NCBI GenBank assembly: GCA_025980625.1
Contig: JAICXG010000001.1
Location: forward strand, 1-37,934
Origin: Chthoniobacterales bacterium
GTDB lineage: Bacteria > Verrucomicrobiota > Verrucomicrobiia > Chthoniobacterales > UBA10450
Reading direction: 5' to 3'
Length of the DNA: 37,934 nt
Part shown: positions 26,733 through 35,857 of the stretch, piece by piece
Numbering within the stretch: the stretch's first letter is position 1
Layout of the letters: each line of letters begins with the position of its first letter
Notes under the pieces: generated by a model
Told to the model about the DNA's origin: nothing
What the model saw: only the letters and a program-made list of their open reading frames with translations
Databases searched by the model: none
Made by a program: the position numbers and the translations under genes

Positions 26733-29700
26733 ATGCATCTTAAATCGCTCGAGCTTTTCGGGTTCAAATCGTTCGCCGATAAAACCGTTTTCAACTTTCA
26801 CGAAGGCGTGACCGCAATCGTTGGCCCTAACGGTTGCGGAAAATCCAACGTCCTCGACGCCGTTCGCTGGGTTCTCGGCGAGCAATCGGCCAAAGCCCTG
26901 CGCGGCGGTGAAATGGCCGACGTCATTTTCAACGGCACTGACTCGCGCAAGCCGGTCGGGTTTGCGGAAGTTTCCCTAACCTTCACCGATTGCTCAGCAG
27001 AACTCGGCATCGATTGGCACGAAGTGCGCGTGACCCGGCGAGTTTATCGCGACGGCATTTCGGAATATCTCCTCAACAAAACCGTCTGCCGGCTGAGGGA
27101 CATCCAGGCTTTGTTCGCCGACACCGGCATCGGGCGCGCCGCCTATTCAATGATGGAACAGGGCCGGATCGATCAGATTCTCAGCTCGCGTCCAGAAGAT
27201 CGGCGGGCGGTTTTCGAAGAAGCGGCCGGGATCACGAAATACAAAACGCAAAAGCGCGAGGCGCTGCGCAAACTCGAGGCGACCGAGGCGAACCTGCTTC
27301 GGCTGGGGGACATCATCAAGGAGGTGAAACGCCAGATCGGCTCGCTCCAGCGCCAGGCCGGAAAAGCGCGACGTTATCAGGCTTTGCTTCTTGATCTGCA
27401 GGTGCTCGACAGTCATCATTCGCGCGCTCAGCTCGATTCGCTCGCGGCGGAGCTGGAATGCTCGCGCGCCGCAACCGTGCAACTCGATGAACAACAGCGA
27501 AGCACTGAAGCGGAAATCGAGGAGTACGAAAACCGAGTCGCAGGCGAGCGCGCGCAACTTGATGTAGTCGACGCGCAAATCAACGCGGCTCGCGCCGAAG
27601 TGCAGCGGCTCCAAAATCAGATCGCCTCGTATCGCAATCGGATCGATTTCAACCGGGAGCGTGCCGAGGAATTGACCGGATTGATCGGGCGCTACGAAAC
27701 GGATGTCGCATCGGCCGAAGCAAAACGGGCGCAACAGAAAACGGAAATTCACGACACCGATTTGCTCCTTCTCGAGACGAAACGCCTCCTTGCCGCGAAA
27801 CAGATCGAGCTGGAAGAGTTGAGCGCACGCGCCGCCGAAGTGCGCGAGGCGTGTGAGAATCGCGAACGCGAACTGCAGGCACTCGAGCTCGCGATCTCGA
27901 AATCGGAAAATCGCCTCGCCGATTTCGAAAGCGAGATTGCGAGCACGACCGCACGACGAGCGGCGACCGAACCGCGAGTCGCCGAATTGCGAGCGTCGTT
28001 AGGCGAAGCTGCTGCTGCCCGGCAGACGATTGCCGATCAACTCGCGCAGGTGCGCGCCGCCGCCGAGGAGGAACAGACCGCGCTCCAGGAACTCGGGGCG
28101 CAAACGCCGGCGGCCGAGGAGGAGCTGCATCGCCAGGAAGGGCGATTGCGCGAGGCGGAAAGCGCCTTGATGAGCAACGATCGCGCGATTACCGAAGGAC
28201 AATCGCGGTTGGAAATTCTGCAGCAGCTCAATGCCGAGGGCGAAGGGCTGGCCGAGGGTTCGCAGGCGGTCCTGCGCGGGCTCGATCAGCCAGAGCGCAT
28301 CTTGCCCGCGATCAAGGGCGCGCTCGCTTCCTTGATCGAAGTCGATGAAGACTTCATTCGCGCGATTGAAGCCGCGCTTGGTCGGAATCTGAACGCGATT
28401 GTCCTGCAAGACGGCGGGCTCGCCCCCGAGATCATCGCAATTCTGACCGGCAAACGACTCGGCCAGACCGCGCTGATTGCGCCGGGACTTAGCGCCGCGC
28501 CCACGCCTTCGGTGCGAGGTCTGCCGCCCGGCGCGATCGGCTGGGCGACGGAGAAAGTCCGCGCCGATGTCGAGTTTGACCTGCTCGTTAGGCAATTGTT
28601 AGGCAACGTGGTTCTCGTCAGAGATCTCTCCGAGGCCTTGAAGTTGAAGCGGGAATTTCCGGATCTCACTTTTGCCACCCGCGGCGGTGAAGTTGTTTCC
28701 GCCGAGGGCGTGATCTACGGCGGCCTGATCAATCAGGAAATCGGCTCGCTCTTTGCGCGCAAAACTCAGATCGCGAAGCTCGCCGCCGAACAGGAGAAGC
28801 TTCTCGGCGAGCAAGCAAATCTTCAGGAAAAACGCGACGAAGCGAAACGTCACGTAGGTGCCGCAGCCGAGCATTTGGCCAATATTCGCGAGCAACTTCA
28901 GGCGGCCCGGAGTGAGCACGGCGCTACCACCGCACGGACGAGCGCGCTCGATCGCGAATGGTACGAAGCGAATCGCCGGTTCGAAGCGCTCGATTGGGAG
29001 CGCGCGACGCTCGATCAGCAACTTGCCAGTGCGGCTGAACGATTGGCGCACCTGGAAAATGAAGCCGAGGAGCAGCGAGAATTTCTCGCCGGCGGACGCA
29101 AGCGCCTAACGAATTTGGAATCGGCGGCGGAAACCGAACACCTGCGCGACGCAGAGATCACAGAGCAGGTGGGCGAACTCCGGCTCGCGGTCGCGACGGA
29201 GCGGCAGCGGCACGAAGGCTTGCGCACCCAGCGCGCGCCGATGACTACCCGCGAGGCCGAGCTTTCCGAATTGATCGCAACCCGGCGCAGCGACATCGCG
29301 AATTACCAGGCGCGGCTCGAACAGCAGAGCGTCGAGACCGCCGCAGCCGAGCGCGCGATCGAGGAAAACAACGTCAACCTGACGCGCGCCGAAGCCGCCG
29401 TCGCGGAGATCGCGCAGACGCGCGCGGCGCGCCTCGCCGAGGTCAACGAGCTAGAGGCAGACTTGCGGGTGCGGCGCAAAGCATTGAGCGAGCTGCACGA
29501 CGCGCGCGGGAAGGAAGAAGTGCGGCAGACGCAGATCCAGTTGAAAATGGAAAATCTCGCTGAGCACGTGATGCGGCGCTACCAGATCGACCTGCGCGAG
29601 TTTGCGGTCGATCGTTATGCGTTCATCAAGAGCTACCGCGCGCAGATCAAACAGCGCGGCAAAGCCGAAGCGGAAACAGCGACCGAACAAATCGAGGAAG

Positions 29701-30449
29701 AACAACTCCGTCTGCTGGTCGAAGAGATGACCCGGCAGCTCGATGCGATGGGCCCGGTGAATCTCGACGCCGTGCACGAGTACGACGAACTCGAGGAGCG
29801 CTACAAGTTTCTCGAAACGCAGAATACCGACCTGACGAATTCCCGCCGCGAACTGCTCGATGTCATCGCCCGGATCAACCAGACGACGGAAAAACTTTTC
29901 GCGGAAACTTTCGCGCAGGTCCGGATCAACTTTCGAGAAATGTTCGCCGAGCTTTTCGGCGGCGGTCGAGCCGATCTTGCGTTGCTCGATGAAAACGACG
30001 CGCTCAACTGCGGAATCGACATCATCGCGAAGCCGCCAGGGAAACAATTGCAAAGCGTTTCGCTCCTTTCCGGCGGCGAACGCACGATGACGGCGGTCGC
30101 GCTTCTCTTTGCGATTTACATGGTGCGGCCGAGCCCGTTCTGCGTTCTCGACGAAATGGACGCGCCGCTCGACGAATCGAACATCAACCGCTTCATCAAA
30201 GTGCTCGATCGATTTGTGAACCAAAGCCAGTTCATCATCATCACGCATAACAAGCGCACGATCGCGAAGGCAGACATCCTTTATGGCGTGACGATGGAAG
30301 AACGGGGCATCAGCAAGCTGGTCGGGATGCGCCTAACGAAAGCGAAACCGCAGGATGAAGTCGCGCCCGCACGAGAGAGCACGGCCGCGCAGCAGAAGTC
30401 GCTCGGGTTTGAGGAGGCAGAGTCGGGCAGAATGGCAGTGACTCGTTAG
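26733..30449 (+). CDS. smc: Chromosome segregation protein SMC
   Basis: MHLKSLELFGFKSFADKT, Walker A GPNGCGKSN, long coiled coils flanking a hinge (AIKGALASLIEVDEDFIRAIEAALG), signature LSGGERTMTAVALLFA, and Walker B FCVLDEMDAPLD. Confidence 0.92.
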   Translation: MHLKSLELFGFKSFADKTVFNFHEGVTAIVGPNGCGKSNVLDAVRWVLGEQSAKALRGGEMADVIFNGTDSRKPVGFAEVSLTFTDCSAELGIDWHEVRVTRRVYRDGISEYLLNKTVCRLRDIQALFADTGIGRAAYSMMEQGRIDQILSSRPEDRRAVFEEAAGITKYKTQKREALRKLEATEANLLRLGDIIKEVKRQIGSLQRQAGKARRYQALLLDLQVLDSHHSRAQLDSLAAELECSRAATVQLDEQQRSTEAEIEEYENRVAGERAQLDVVDAQINAARAEVQRLQNQIASYRNRIDFNRERAEELTGLIGRYETDVASAEAKRAQQKTEIHDTDLLLLETKRLLAAKQIELEELSARAAEVREACENRERELQALELAISKSENRLADFESEIASTTARRAATEPRVAELRASLGEAAAARQTIADQLAQVRAAAEEEQTALQELGAQTPAAEEELHRQEGRLREAESALMSNDRAITEGQSRLEILQQLNAEGEGLAEGSQAVLRGLDQPERILPAIKGALASLIEVDEDFIRAIEAALGRNLNAIVLQDGGLAPEIIAILTGKRLGQTALIAPGLSAAPTPSVRGLPPGAIGWATEKVRADVEFDLLVRQLLGNVVLVRDLSEALKLKREFPDLTFATRGGEVVSAEGVIYGGLINQEIGSLFARKTQIAKLAAEQEKLLGEQANLQEKRDEAKRHVGAAAEHLANIREQLQAARSEHGATTARTSALDREWYEANRRFEALDWERATLDQQLASAAERLAHLENEAEEQREFLAGGRKRLTNLESAAETEHLRDAEITEQVGELRLAVATERQRHEGLRTQRAPMTTREAELSELIATRRSDIANYQARLEQQSVETAAAERAIEENNVNLTRAEAAVAEIAQTRAARLAEVNELEADLRVRRKALSELHDARGKEEVRQTQIQLKMENLAEHVMRRYQIDLREFAVDRYAFIKSYRAQIKQRGKAEAETATEQIEEEQLRLLVEEMTRQLDAMGPVNLDAVHEYDELEERYKFLETQNTDLTNSRRELLDVIARINQTTEKLFAETFAQVRINFREMFAELFGGGRADLALLDENDALNCGIDIIAKPPGKQLQSVSLLSGGERTMTAVALLFAIYMVRPSPFCVLDEMDAPLDESNINRFIKVLDRFVNQSQFIIITHNKRTIAKADILYGVTMEERGISKLVGMRLTKAKPQDEVAPARESTAAQQKSLGFEEAESGRMAVTR

Positions 30450-30555
30450 GCCGGCCGCCCTGCTCCTCGTTCATCCAAGCGCTTCACGCAGGACGACAAG
30501 ATAGGCAACGTCCTCGGTTTGACCTATCTTGGCCGCCGGCGCGTTTCCCAATTCC

Positions 30556-31704
30556 ATGCACAAAGTTTTGTCGTTGGCTGCTGGCTGTATTTGTTTGTTT
30601 GCGCTCGCGGCCCGCGCCTACGGCCCCGAGGGACACAAGATCATCGGCGCAATCGCCGATCAACGGCTCGCTCGCACCTTGGCCGGCGCACGCGTTTCGG
30701 AACTGCTCGACGGCTACACTCTCGAGGAGGTCTCGATGATCGCCGACACGATCAAGCAGTGGGACAAGCCGGGCGTCGAAGGCCCAAACGTGCAGCGATA
30801 TTTCTCCTCTCATCCGCTGATTGCGGAGCAGTTGCGCGAGTTCTGGAAAGCCAATCCGCCTACGGATGACCTAAACTCGCCCGTGCCGTCGCATCACTGG
30901 TTCCACTACACCGATGTGCCGCTGGCCGGGAATGCGGATTATGCCGGGGGCAAAACCGGTCGGAGCCCATGGGACATCGTCCACATGATGCGCTACTGCA
31001 TCGAGGTTCTGGCCGGAAATATTCCGGCGAGCAACGAACGCAAAATCACCCAGCCGATCGCGCTCATTCTCCTCGCCCATTATGTCGGCGACATCCATCA
31101 ACCCCTCCATGTCGGCGCCGAGTACTTCGACCGCAAAGGCAAGCCGGTGAATCCGGACAAGATCAGCGCGGCGTTACCGGACGAGGGCGGCAATTCCCTT
31201 CGACTCAAGCTCGCCGGCGGCTTCCCGCGCAAACGCGATCCGAAATTTCACGGCTACTGGGACGCCGACGCAGTCCTGGCAAACCTCCCGCTGCTTCCCG
31301 CGACCATGCCGAAGGAACTCCGGCAACAAAAGACGGATCTGGCGCTAAAGTCCCTAACGAGTCGACTCGCGAAAGTCGAACCGACGCATTGGCAGATGTC
31401 GCCGACGCTGCCGCTCGAGGATTATCCGGAAGGATGGGCAAATGAAATCCTGCCGATCGCGCGCGAAGCGTATGGCCGGCTGCATTATCAAAACATCGCG
31501 CCCAGGTTGGACAACGGGAAACTGGTCGCCGAAGGCGAACTCGTGGAGAAACCGGGCGAGCACGAGATGCCGTATGCAAAATGGGCGGCCGACACTGTCC
31601 TTGACGAAATGCACAAGGCCGGCTGGAGACTTGCCGATTTGCTCGTGAAGCTGCTCACGCCTAACGAGAAGGCGCGGTCCCAAATCGCGGGCGCCGCCCC
31701 TTGA
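30556..31704 (+). CDS. Secreted S1/P1-family nuclease
   Basis: Signal peptide, then the conserved S1/P1 metal-ligand blocks: YGPEGHKIIG, HWFHYTDVP, LLAHYVGDIHQPLHVG, DEGGN, FHGYWD. Confidence 0.78.
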   Translation: MHKVLSLAAGCICLFALAARAYGPEGHKIIGAIADQRLARTLAGARVSELLDGYTLEEVSMIADTIKQWDKPGVEGPNVQRYFSSHPLIAEQLREFWKANPPTDDLNSPVPSHHWFHYTDVPLAGNADYAGGKTGRSPWDIVHMMRYCIEVLAGNIPASNERKITQPIALILLAHYVGDIHQPLHVGAEYFDRKGKPVNPDKISAALPDEGGNSLRLKLAGGFPRKRDPKFHGYWDADAVLANLPLLPATMPKELRQQKTDLALKSLTSRLAKVEPTHWQMSPTLPLEDYPEGWANEILPIAREAYGRLHYQNIAPRLDNGKLVAEGELVEKPGEHEMPYAKWAADTVLDEMHKAGWRLADLLVKLLTPNEKARSQIAGAAP

Positions 31705-31745
31705 TGCAGGCTCGACTTGCGGCAGGCAGCGCCTATCCTGAAAAC

Positions 31746-32114
31746 ATGAAGTGGCAGACGAAAATTCTGGCCGCGCTGATCGTCGCAGTCGGCCTGCTAC
31801 CGCTTGCCGGTTTTCCCCAATCGCCGCCGCCAGCACCGAACCCTGTCTACGGCGCTTATCCCGACAAGTACAAGGAGATCATCACCAGCTGGCTCAACTC
31901 GGCGCTCCTCGATCCGCAGAGCCTGATTATTAAATGGCGGAGCGAGCCGCGACCGGGGGAGCTAAAGGTGCAAGGCAAAACGATCTCCGGGTTTTTGGTC
32001 GATTTCTCGGTCAACGCCCGAAACATGTTTGGCGTTTACACCGGCGCGCAGAAGCACACCGCGCTTATTCGTGACGGCCAGGTCGTCACGGCCACCGGGT
32101 TTGTCGCTCGTTAG
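31746..32114 (+). CDS. Hypothetical secreted/lipoprotein-like small protein
   Basis: MKWQTKILAALIVAVGLLPLAG is a signal sequence. 122 aa. Its last 29 nt overlap the 3' end of the convergent TamB-like gene. Confidence 0.5.
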   Translation: MKWQTKILAALIVAVGLLPLAGFPQSPPPAPNPVYGAYPDKYKEIITSWLNSALLDPQSLIIKWRSEPRPGELKVQGKTISGFLVDFSVNARNMFGVYTGAQKHTALIRDGQVVTATGFVAR

Positions 32115-34920
32115 GCAAGCCTAACGAGATCGGCGGCGGCGGGACGGTGCGCAGGAGCAACGGTTCGGTCCGCATCGATCGCGGCCGGAGGAAGAATGTT
32201 CGCTGCTCGGTGAGGAAAGCTTGAGTCTCCGGTGCCCTGGAATAAATCGTTAGGCTGCCCGTCCCCGAGCCGAGCCTTCCGCGCACCACCGCTTTTTCGA
32301 GCCGCGGTTTTTCACCTCCGTTCCCCTCGCCGATAAGGCGGATGCTGGAAAGATTGGCGCCGCTCGGCGGAAGATCGACCAGCGCAAGTTCGCCCTCCGC
32401 CGGCTCGATCGAAAGCTGGAAGTCGGGTGGTGCGGTCGTTAGGCGGGCAGACAAACCCAGCTCTCTTCCTCCGATTTCGCCTCGGATACTGATGTCGGCG
32501 CGATCGGTTGCGAAACGGAGTTGTGCGCTAAGATCATTCAGCTCCGGCCAGGGCGGAGGCGGCTTCAGCGCCGCGCCGAGAATTTGCGCTTCTCCGGAGA
32601 TGCGGGGAGCGCCTAACGAGCCGGAGAAGGCAATCGTGCCGCTGAGCAAACCGTGCGGCGCCCAGGACTGCATTTCGTTAGGCAAATCCTCCAGGAAAAG
32701 GGCCGAACAACCGGCCGTGAGGGAAAATGGCGCCGTCGGATCGAGCACGCTACCGACCTCGAGGTGCTCCTTATCCAGCCGCAACGGGATGGAGGCATTC
32801 GCCCAGACCGGCGACGACTTACCAAACAACGCGGTCGCTTCGCCATCGGCACGTCCGTCGATATAGTGACCGTCGAAGACGAGCATATCCTTCGATGACG
32901 CCCCCCCGAAGTTCTGCAGCCGGCCGCCGCCTGTGATCTGGAGTGCGCCTAACGAACCGAAAGCGGCGACTTTGCCCTCGAGGACGCCATCCAGCGGAAG
33001 CTTTTCCCCGAGAGCATCACCCAGTTTTCCCAGATCGAGATGATCGATGGCGAGGTCGAGGTCGAACTTCTGTTTTGCATCCAACGCCGCAAAGACCCGG
33101 CGCGTGTTCCGCCAGCGATCAATTCCGAAGGGAAAAAAGATTGTGCCGGTGACGCGCGGCGCGCCATCGAGCGTGAGCCGGAGCGATTGGAACTCGACGA
33201 AGTTTGCGCCGAGCATGAGATAGCCGCCTAACCACAAGCGGTCGTTCCCGACCTGGAACGTGCGAAAGAAAACATCGCGCGGCGAATAGCTCCCTTCGAG
33301 CGTGAAATCGAGCGGCATACGCAACAAAGGAATCGGCAATCGCAATCCATGAGCATAGAACTGGAAGGTGCCAGAGTTGGCTGCGACTGTGCCGTCGCCG
33401 CGCCAATCGAAGGTTGCACCGCCGCCGAGGTTCGAGTTCTGCCAATCGGCTGGAAAAAGCGGAGCGTAGCTGGCGAGGTCATTGATCGCACCGGTGAGGC
33501 GGGCGGTGAAACGATGCGGCGCGCGCAGATCGATCTCGCCCGCTGCACGGAGAAAATCCTGCGCGTGCCGCGCTTCCAGGCTCTCGAGCGTGATCTCGCC
33601 GCCGCGCAAGTGCATGGCGGCCCCTAACGAGTCGAGGGTGACACCGCGAAAGCTCACACCGTTGCCACGGAGGTTGAGCGCTCCGTGCGCTTCCGAGGCA
33701 AGCGCATCGATGTCTCCTTCCGCGGTGACCGCGCCGGTAAAGTCGCCGGTGGTCGCGCCGAAGAGCTTGGCGAAACTGTTTAGGTCGGGAATGGTCGCAC
33801 TCAATTGGCAGCGGAACGGCAACTCCATCCAACTGCGTCCCTTTTTCGGCCAGAGCAATTGGCCATTGATCGTGAGCTGGTTCTCGCGCTGGCGGATGTA
33901 AAGCTGGTCAACCGCAAGACGGCGATCGTAATAGGTCGCGCCCAACATGACGCTGTCGGCGCGCCGCTCGCGCCAGGCGAAATCTGTCAGCTCCATCCAG
34001 ACCGACGCGGTGCCATCGAGAAACTGGCCGGGATTTCCGCGCAAGGTGAACTTGCTCGCGCGGATCCGGCCGGTGATCGGCTCGAGGAAGCCGAACGTGC
34101 TCGCGATCTGCGCGAGGGAAATGTTGGAAGCGGATCCGGCGACATCGACCGACGATTTCTTCCCGGCTTTCGCCTCCAGGCTGGTGCGGAGTGTGCCGCC
34201 ATAGGCATCGAGCTGGAGATCAGTTCGCACCCGTCTTCGCGCCAGGCGCGAGAGATCGAGGGTGAGCGCTTCCAGATCGAGGCCGCGGACGAGCGGGATT
34301 CCGGCAATCGTTAGGCGATTGCCTTCCCACGAGGTCGCGCCGCGGAGATCGACGAAAGTTTTCCGCAGAAGCGGCGATCTCACCGCGACCTCGCGCGCGA
34401 GGAATTTTCCCGCCTCGATCGCGCTCGCGCTCAGTGTCAATCCCCGCAAACTGGCCGCGACATTGGCAGTCGTTAGGTCGAGGTCGGCCTGAGCGATACG
34501 GAAATTTTCCGGAACGAGCTGGGCGAGAAGGGCCCAATCCAGCTCTTTTGTCGCAGTTCTCGGGATCGGGAAGCGGAGTTTCACATTGAGCTGGTCGACC
34601 TTGATGGAGCGCAGGAAGGCGCTGCGATGGGAGAGAATTTGGCCGTGAAAATTGAGCTCCACGACGAGTTTGTGAACTTCGATCGAGACCTCCCGCGCCG
34701 CGCCGGGGGGCGAGAAAAGGCGCAGCTTCTGGATCGTGACCGGTTGGAGCAACGGCGCGTCGATTGTCCCGATCTCCGCCTGCAGCCCTTCGCGCGCCGC
34801 CGCCCAGCGCAGCCAGAGGCGAATGCCCGCGGGAATTAGAACAGGCGCCAACACCGCGTCGAGCGCGGCGAGGAGAAGCCCGACGAGCAAGAGAAGGAGA
34901 AGACGTTTTCGAAACGACAT
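32086..34920 (-). CDS. TamB/AsmA-like large envelope protein
   Basis: 944 aa with an N-terminal membrane anchor (RLLLLLLVGLLLAALDAVLAPVL), followed by a long beta-rich repetitive sequence typical of AsmA/TamB-type proteins. Assignment is by architecture only. Confidence 0.5.
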   Translation of the reverse strand: MSFRKRLLLLLLVGLLLAALDAVLAPVLIPAGIRLWLRWAAAREGLQAEIGTIDAPLLQPVTIQKLRLFSPPGAAREVSIEVHKLVVELNFHGQILSHRSAFLRSIKVDQLNVKLRFPIPRTATKELDWALLAQLVPENFRIAQADLDLTTANVAASLRGLTLSASAIEAGKFLAREVAVRSPLLRKTFVDLRGATSWEGNRLTIAGIPLVRGLDLEALTLDLSRLARRRVRTDLQLDAYGGTLRTSLEAKAGKKSSVDVAGSASNISLAQIASTFGFLEPITGRIRASKFTLRGNPGQFLDGTASVWMELTDFAWRERRADSVMLGATYYDRRLAVDQLYIRQRENQLTINGQLLWPKKGRSWMELPFRCQLSATIPDLNSFAKLFGATTGDFTGAVTAEGDIDALASEAHGALNLRGNGVSFRGVTLDSLGAAMHLRGGEITLESLEARHAQDFLRAAGEIDLRAPHRFTARLTGAINDLASYAPLFPADWQNSNLGGGATFDWRGDGTVAANSGTFQFYAHGLRLPIPLLRMPLDFTLEGSYSPRDVFFRTFQVGNDRLWLGGYLMLGANFVEFQSLRLTLDGAPRVTGTIFFPFGIDRWRNTRRVFAALDAKQKFDLDLAIDHLDLGKLGDALGEKLPLDGVLEGKVAAFGSLGALQITGGGRLQNFGGASSKDMLVFDGHYIDGRADGEATALFGKSSPVWANASIPLRLDKEHLEVGSVLDPTAPFSLTAGCSALFLEDLPNEMQSWAPHGLLSGTIAFSGSLGAPRISGEAQILGAALKPPPPWPELNDLSAQLRFATDRADISIRGEIGGRELGLSARLTTAPPDFQLSIEPAEGELALVDLPPSGANLSSIRLIGEGNGGEKPRLEKAVVRGRLGSGTGSLTIYSRAPETQAFLTEQRTFFLRPRSMRTEPLLLRTVPPPPISLGLPNERQTRWP
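32107..32128. repeat. Inverted pair of the abundant 8-mer (CTCGTTAGG-caag-CCTAACGAG)
   Basis: 9-bp perfect stem (32107-32115 with 32120-32128) and a 4-nt loop, located in the 29-nt overlap of two convergent genes. Confidence 0.9.
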
Positions 34921-34939
34921 CAGCTGGTGCGGTTCTGCG

Positions 34940-34957
34940 CCTAACGACGCCTAACCA
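34940..34957 (+). repeat. Exact 8-mer plus one-mismatch copy in tandem (CCTAACGAcgCCTAACCA)
   Basis: Located in the 30-nt spacer between the DUF4230-like stop and the TamB-like start. The second copy overlaps the TAG stop at 34951-34953. Confidence 0.9.
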
Positions 34958-35646
34958 CGCGGCGAAGGCGCTGCAAAGATGGCACGAACCGGCTGTTGCG
35001 GGTGAAATTTTTCGCGCAGCTCGCGCGTGAAACCCTGCTCCGCTTCCGCCGGCAAGCCGCCTGATTTTTCCCGGGCCAACTGCGGCAGGAGAGCGAGTTC
35101 CTTCTCGATGTCATCAGGAGAAATGCGATTCCAAAATCCGTTCTCGAGGGCGAGCACTTCGACCTCCTCTTGCTCGACCGAGAGGATTTGGGCATGCGGG
35201 AGCTCGATCATGATTTCGTCCGGCTGGATCTCGACGAGAAATTTTTTCCGAAGATCGAAACCGGCTTTAACGAGATAAGTGCCGTGGAGTTTGACCCGCT
35301 TCGTGCTTCCGGCCCAGGTGTGGAGCATCTCGTGGTCGACTTCGACCCGGCGGGCGAGGACCGACAACTCCGCGATCGCGCTTCTTTGCTCGAGGTAGAC
35401 ATGGTTGTTGATCGTGACCCGCGGCTGGAGGTGCACCAGCCTAACGAATGCGTCGCGCGCCTCGCGCCCGAGCTGCTCGAGTCGCGCCGTGCTCTGCGCG
35501 GCGGTGCGCGCGGGCCAGGTCTCGATCCGGTAGAAGACAAAGCCAGCGAGAAGCGCGAGAACGACAATGACGAGAACGATGGCGAGCGGCCATCCTATTC
35601 GCCGCGACCCTGGCTGCTTTGCGCGGCGCTTCCTCTCCAACTCCAT
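34951..35646 (-). CDS. DUF4230-like membrane-anchored protein
   Basis: Basic N-terminus plus one TM helix (WPLAIVLVIVVLALLAGFVFY), then a pattern including YLVKAGFDL that I associate with the DUF4230 family. Start chosen at ATG 35646. Confidence 0.5.
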   Translation of the reverse strand: MELERKRRAKQPGSRRIGWPLAIVLVIVVLALLAGFVFYRIETWPARTAAQSTARLEQLGREARDAFVRLVHLQPRVTINNHVYLEQRSAIAELSVLARRVEVDHEMLHTWAGSTKRVKLHGTYLVKAGFDLRKKFLVEIQPDEIMIELPHAQILSVEQEEVEVLALENGFWNRISPDDIEKELALLPQLAREKSGGLPAEAEQGFTRELREKFHPQQPVRAIFAAPSPRG

Positions 35647-35857
35647 CACCCCAAAAAAGTACCGCCCCCCACACCCGAAGGGCATGAAGGGCGGCTGTTC
35701 CCCCCAGAACAATCGTTCAAATTCGACTCCCGAATACGGGAGCTAACGCTGGCATGCAAGAAATAATTTTGCGTCGTCCTGGAAATCCAGTTTTGCGGCG
35801 GAACGCAAGCACGTTGACGAAACCCGCATCGTACCGCCTCCTTCAGGCAATCACGCC

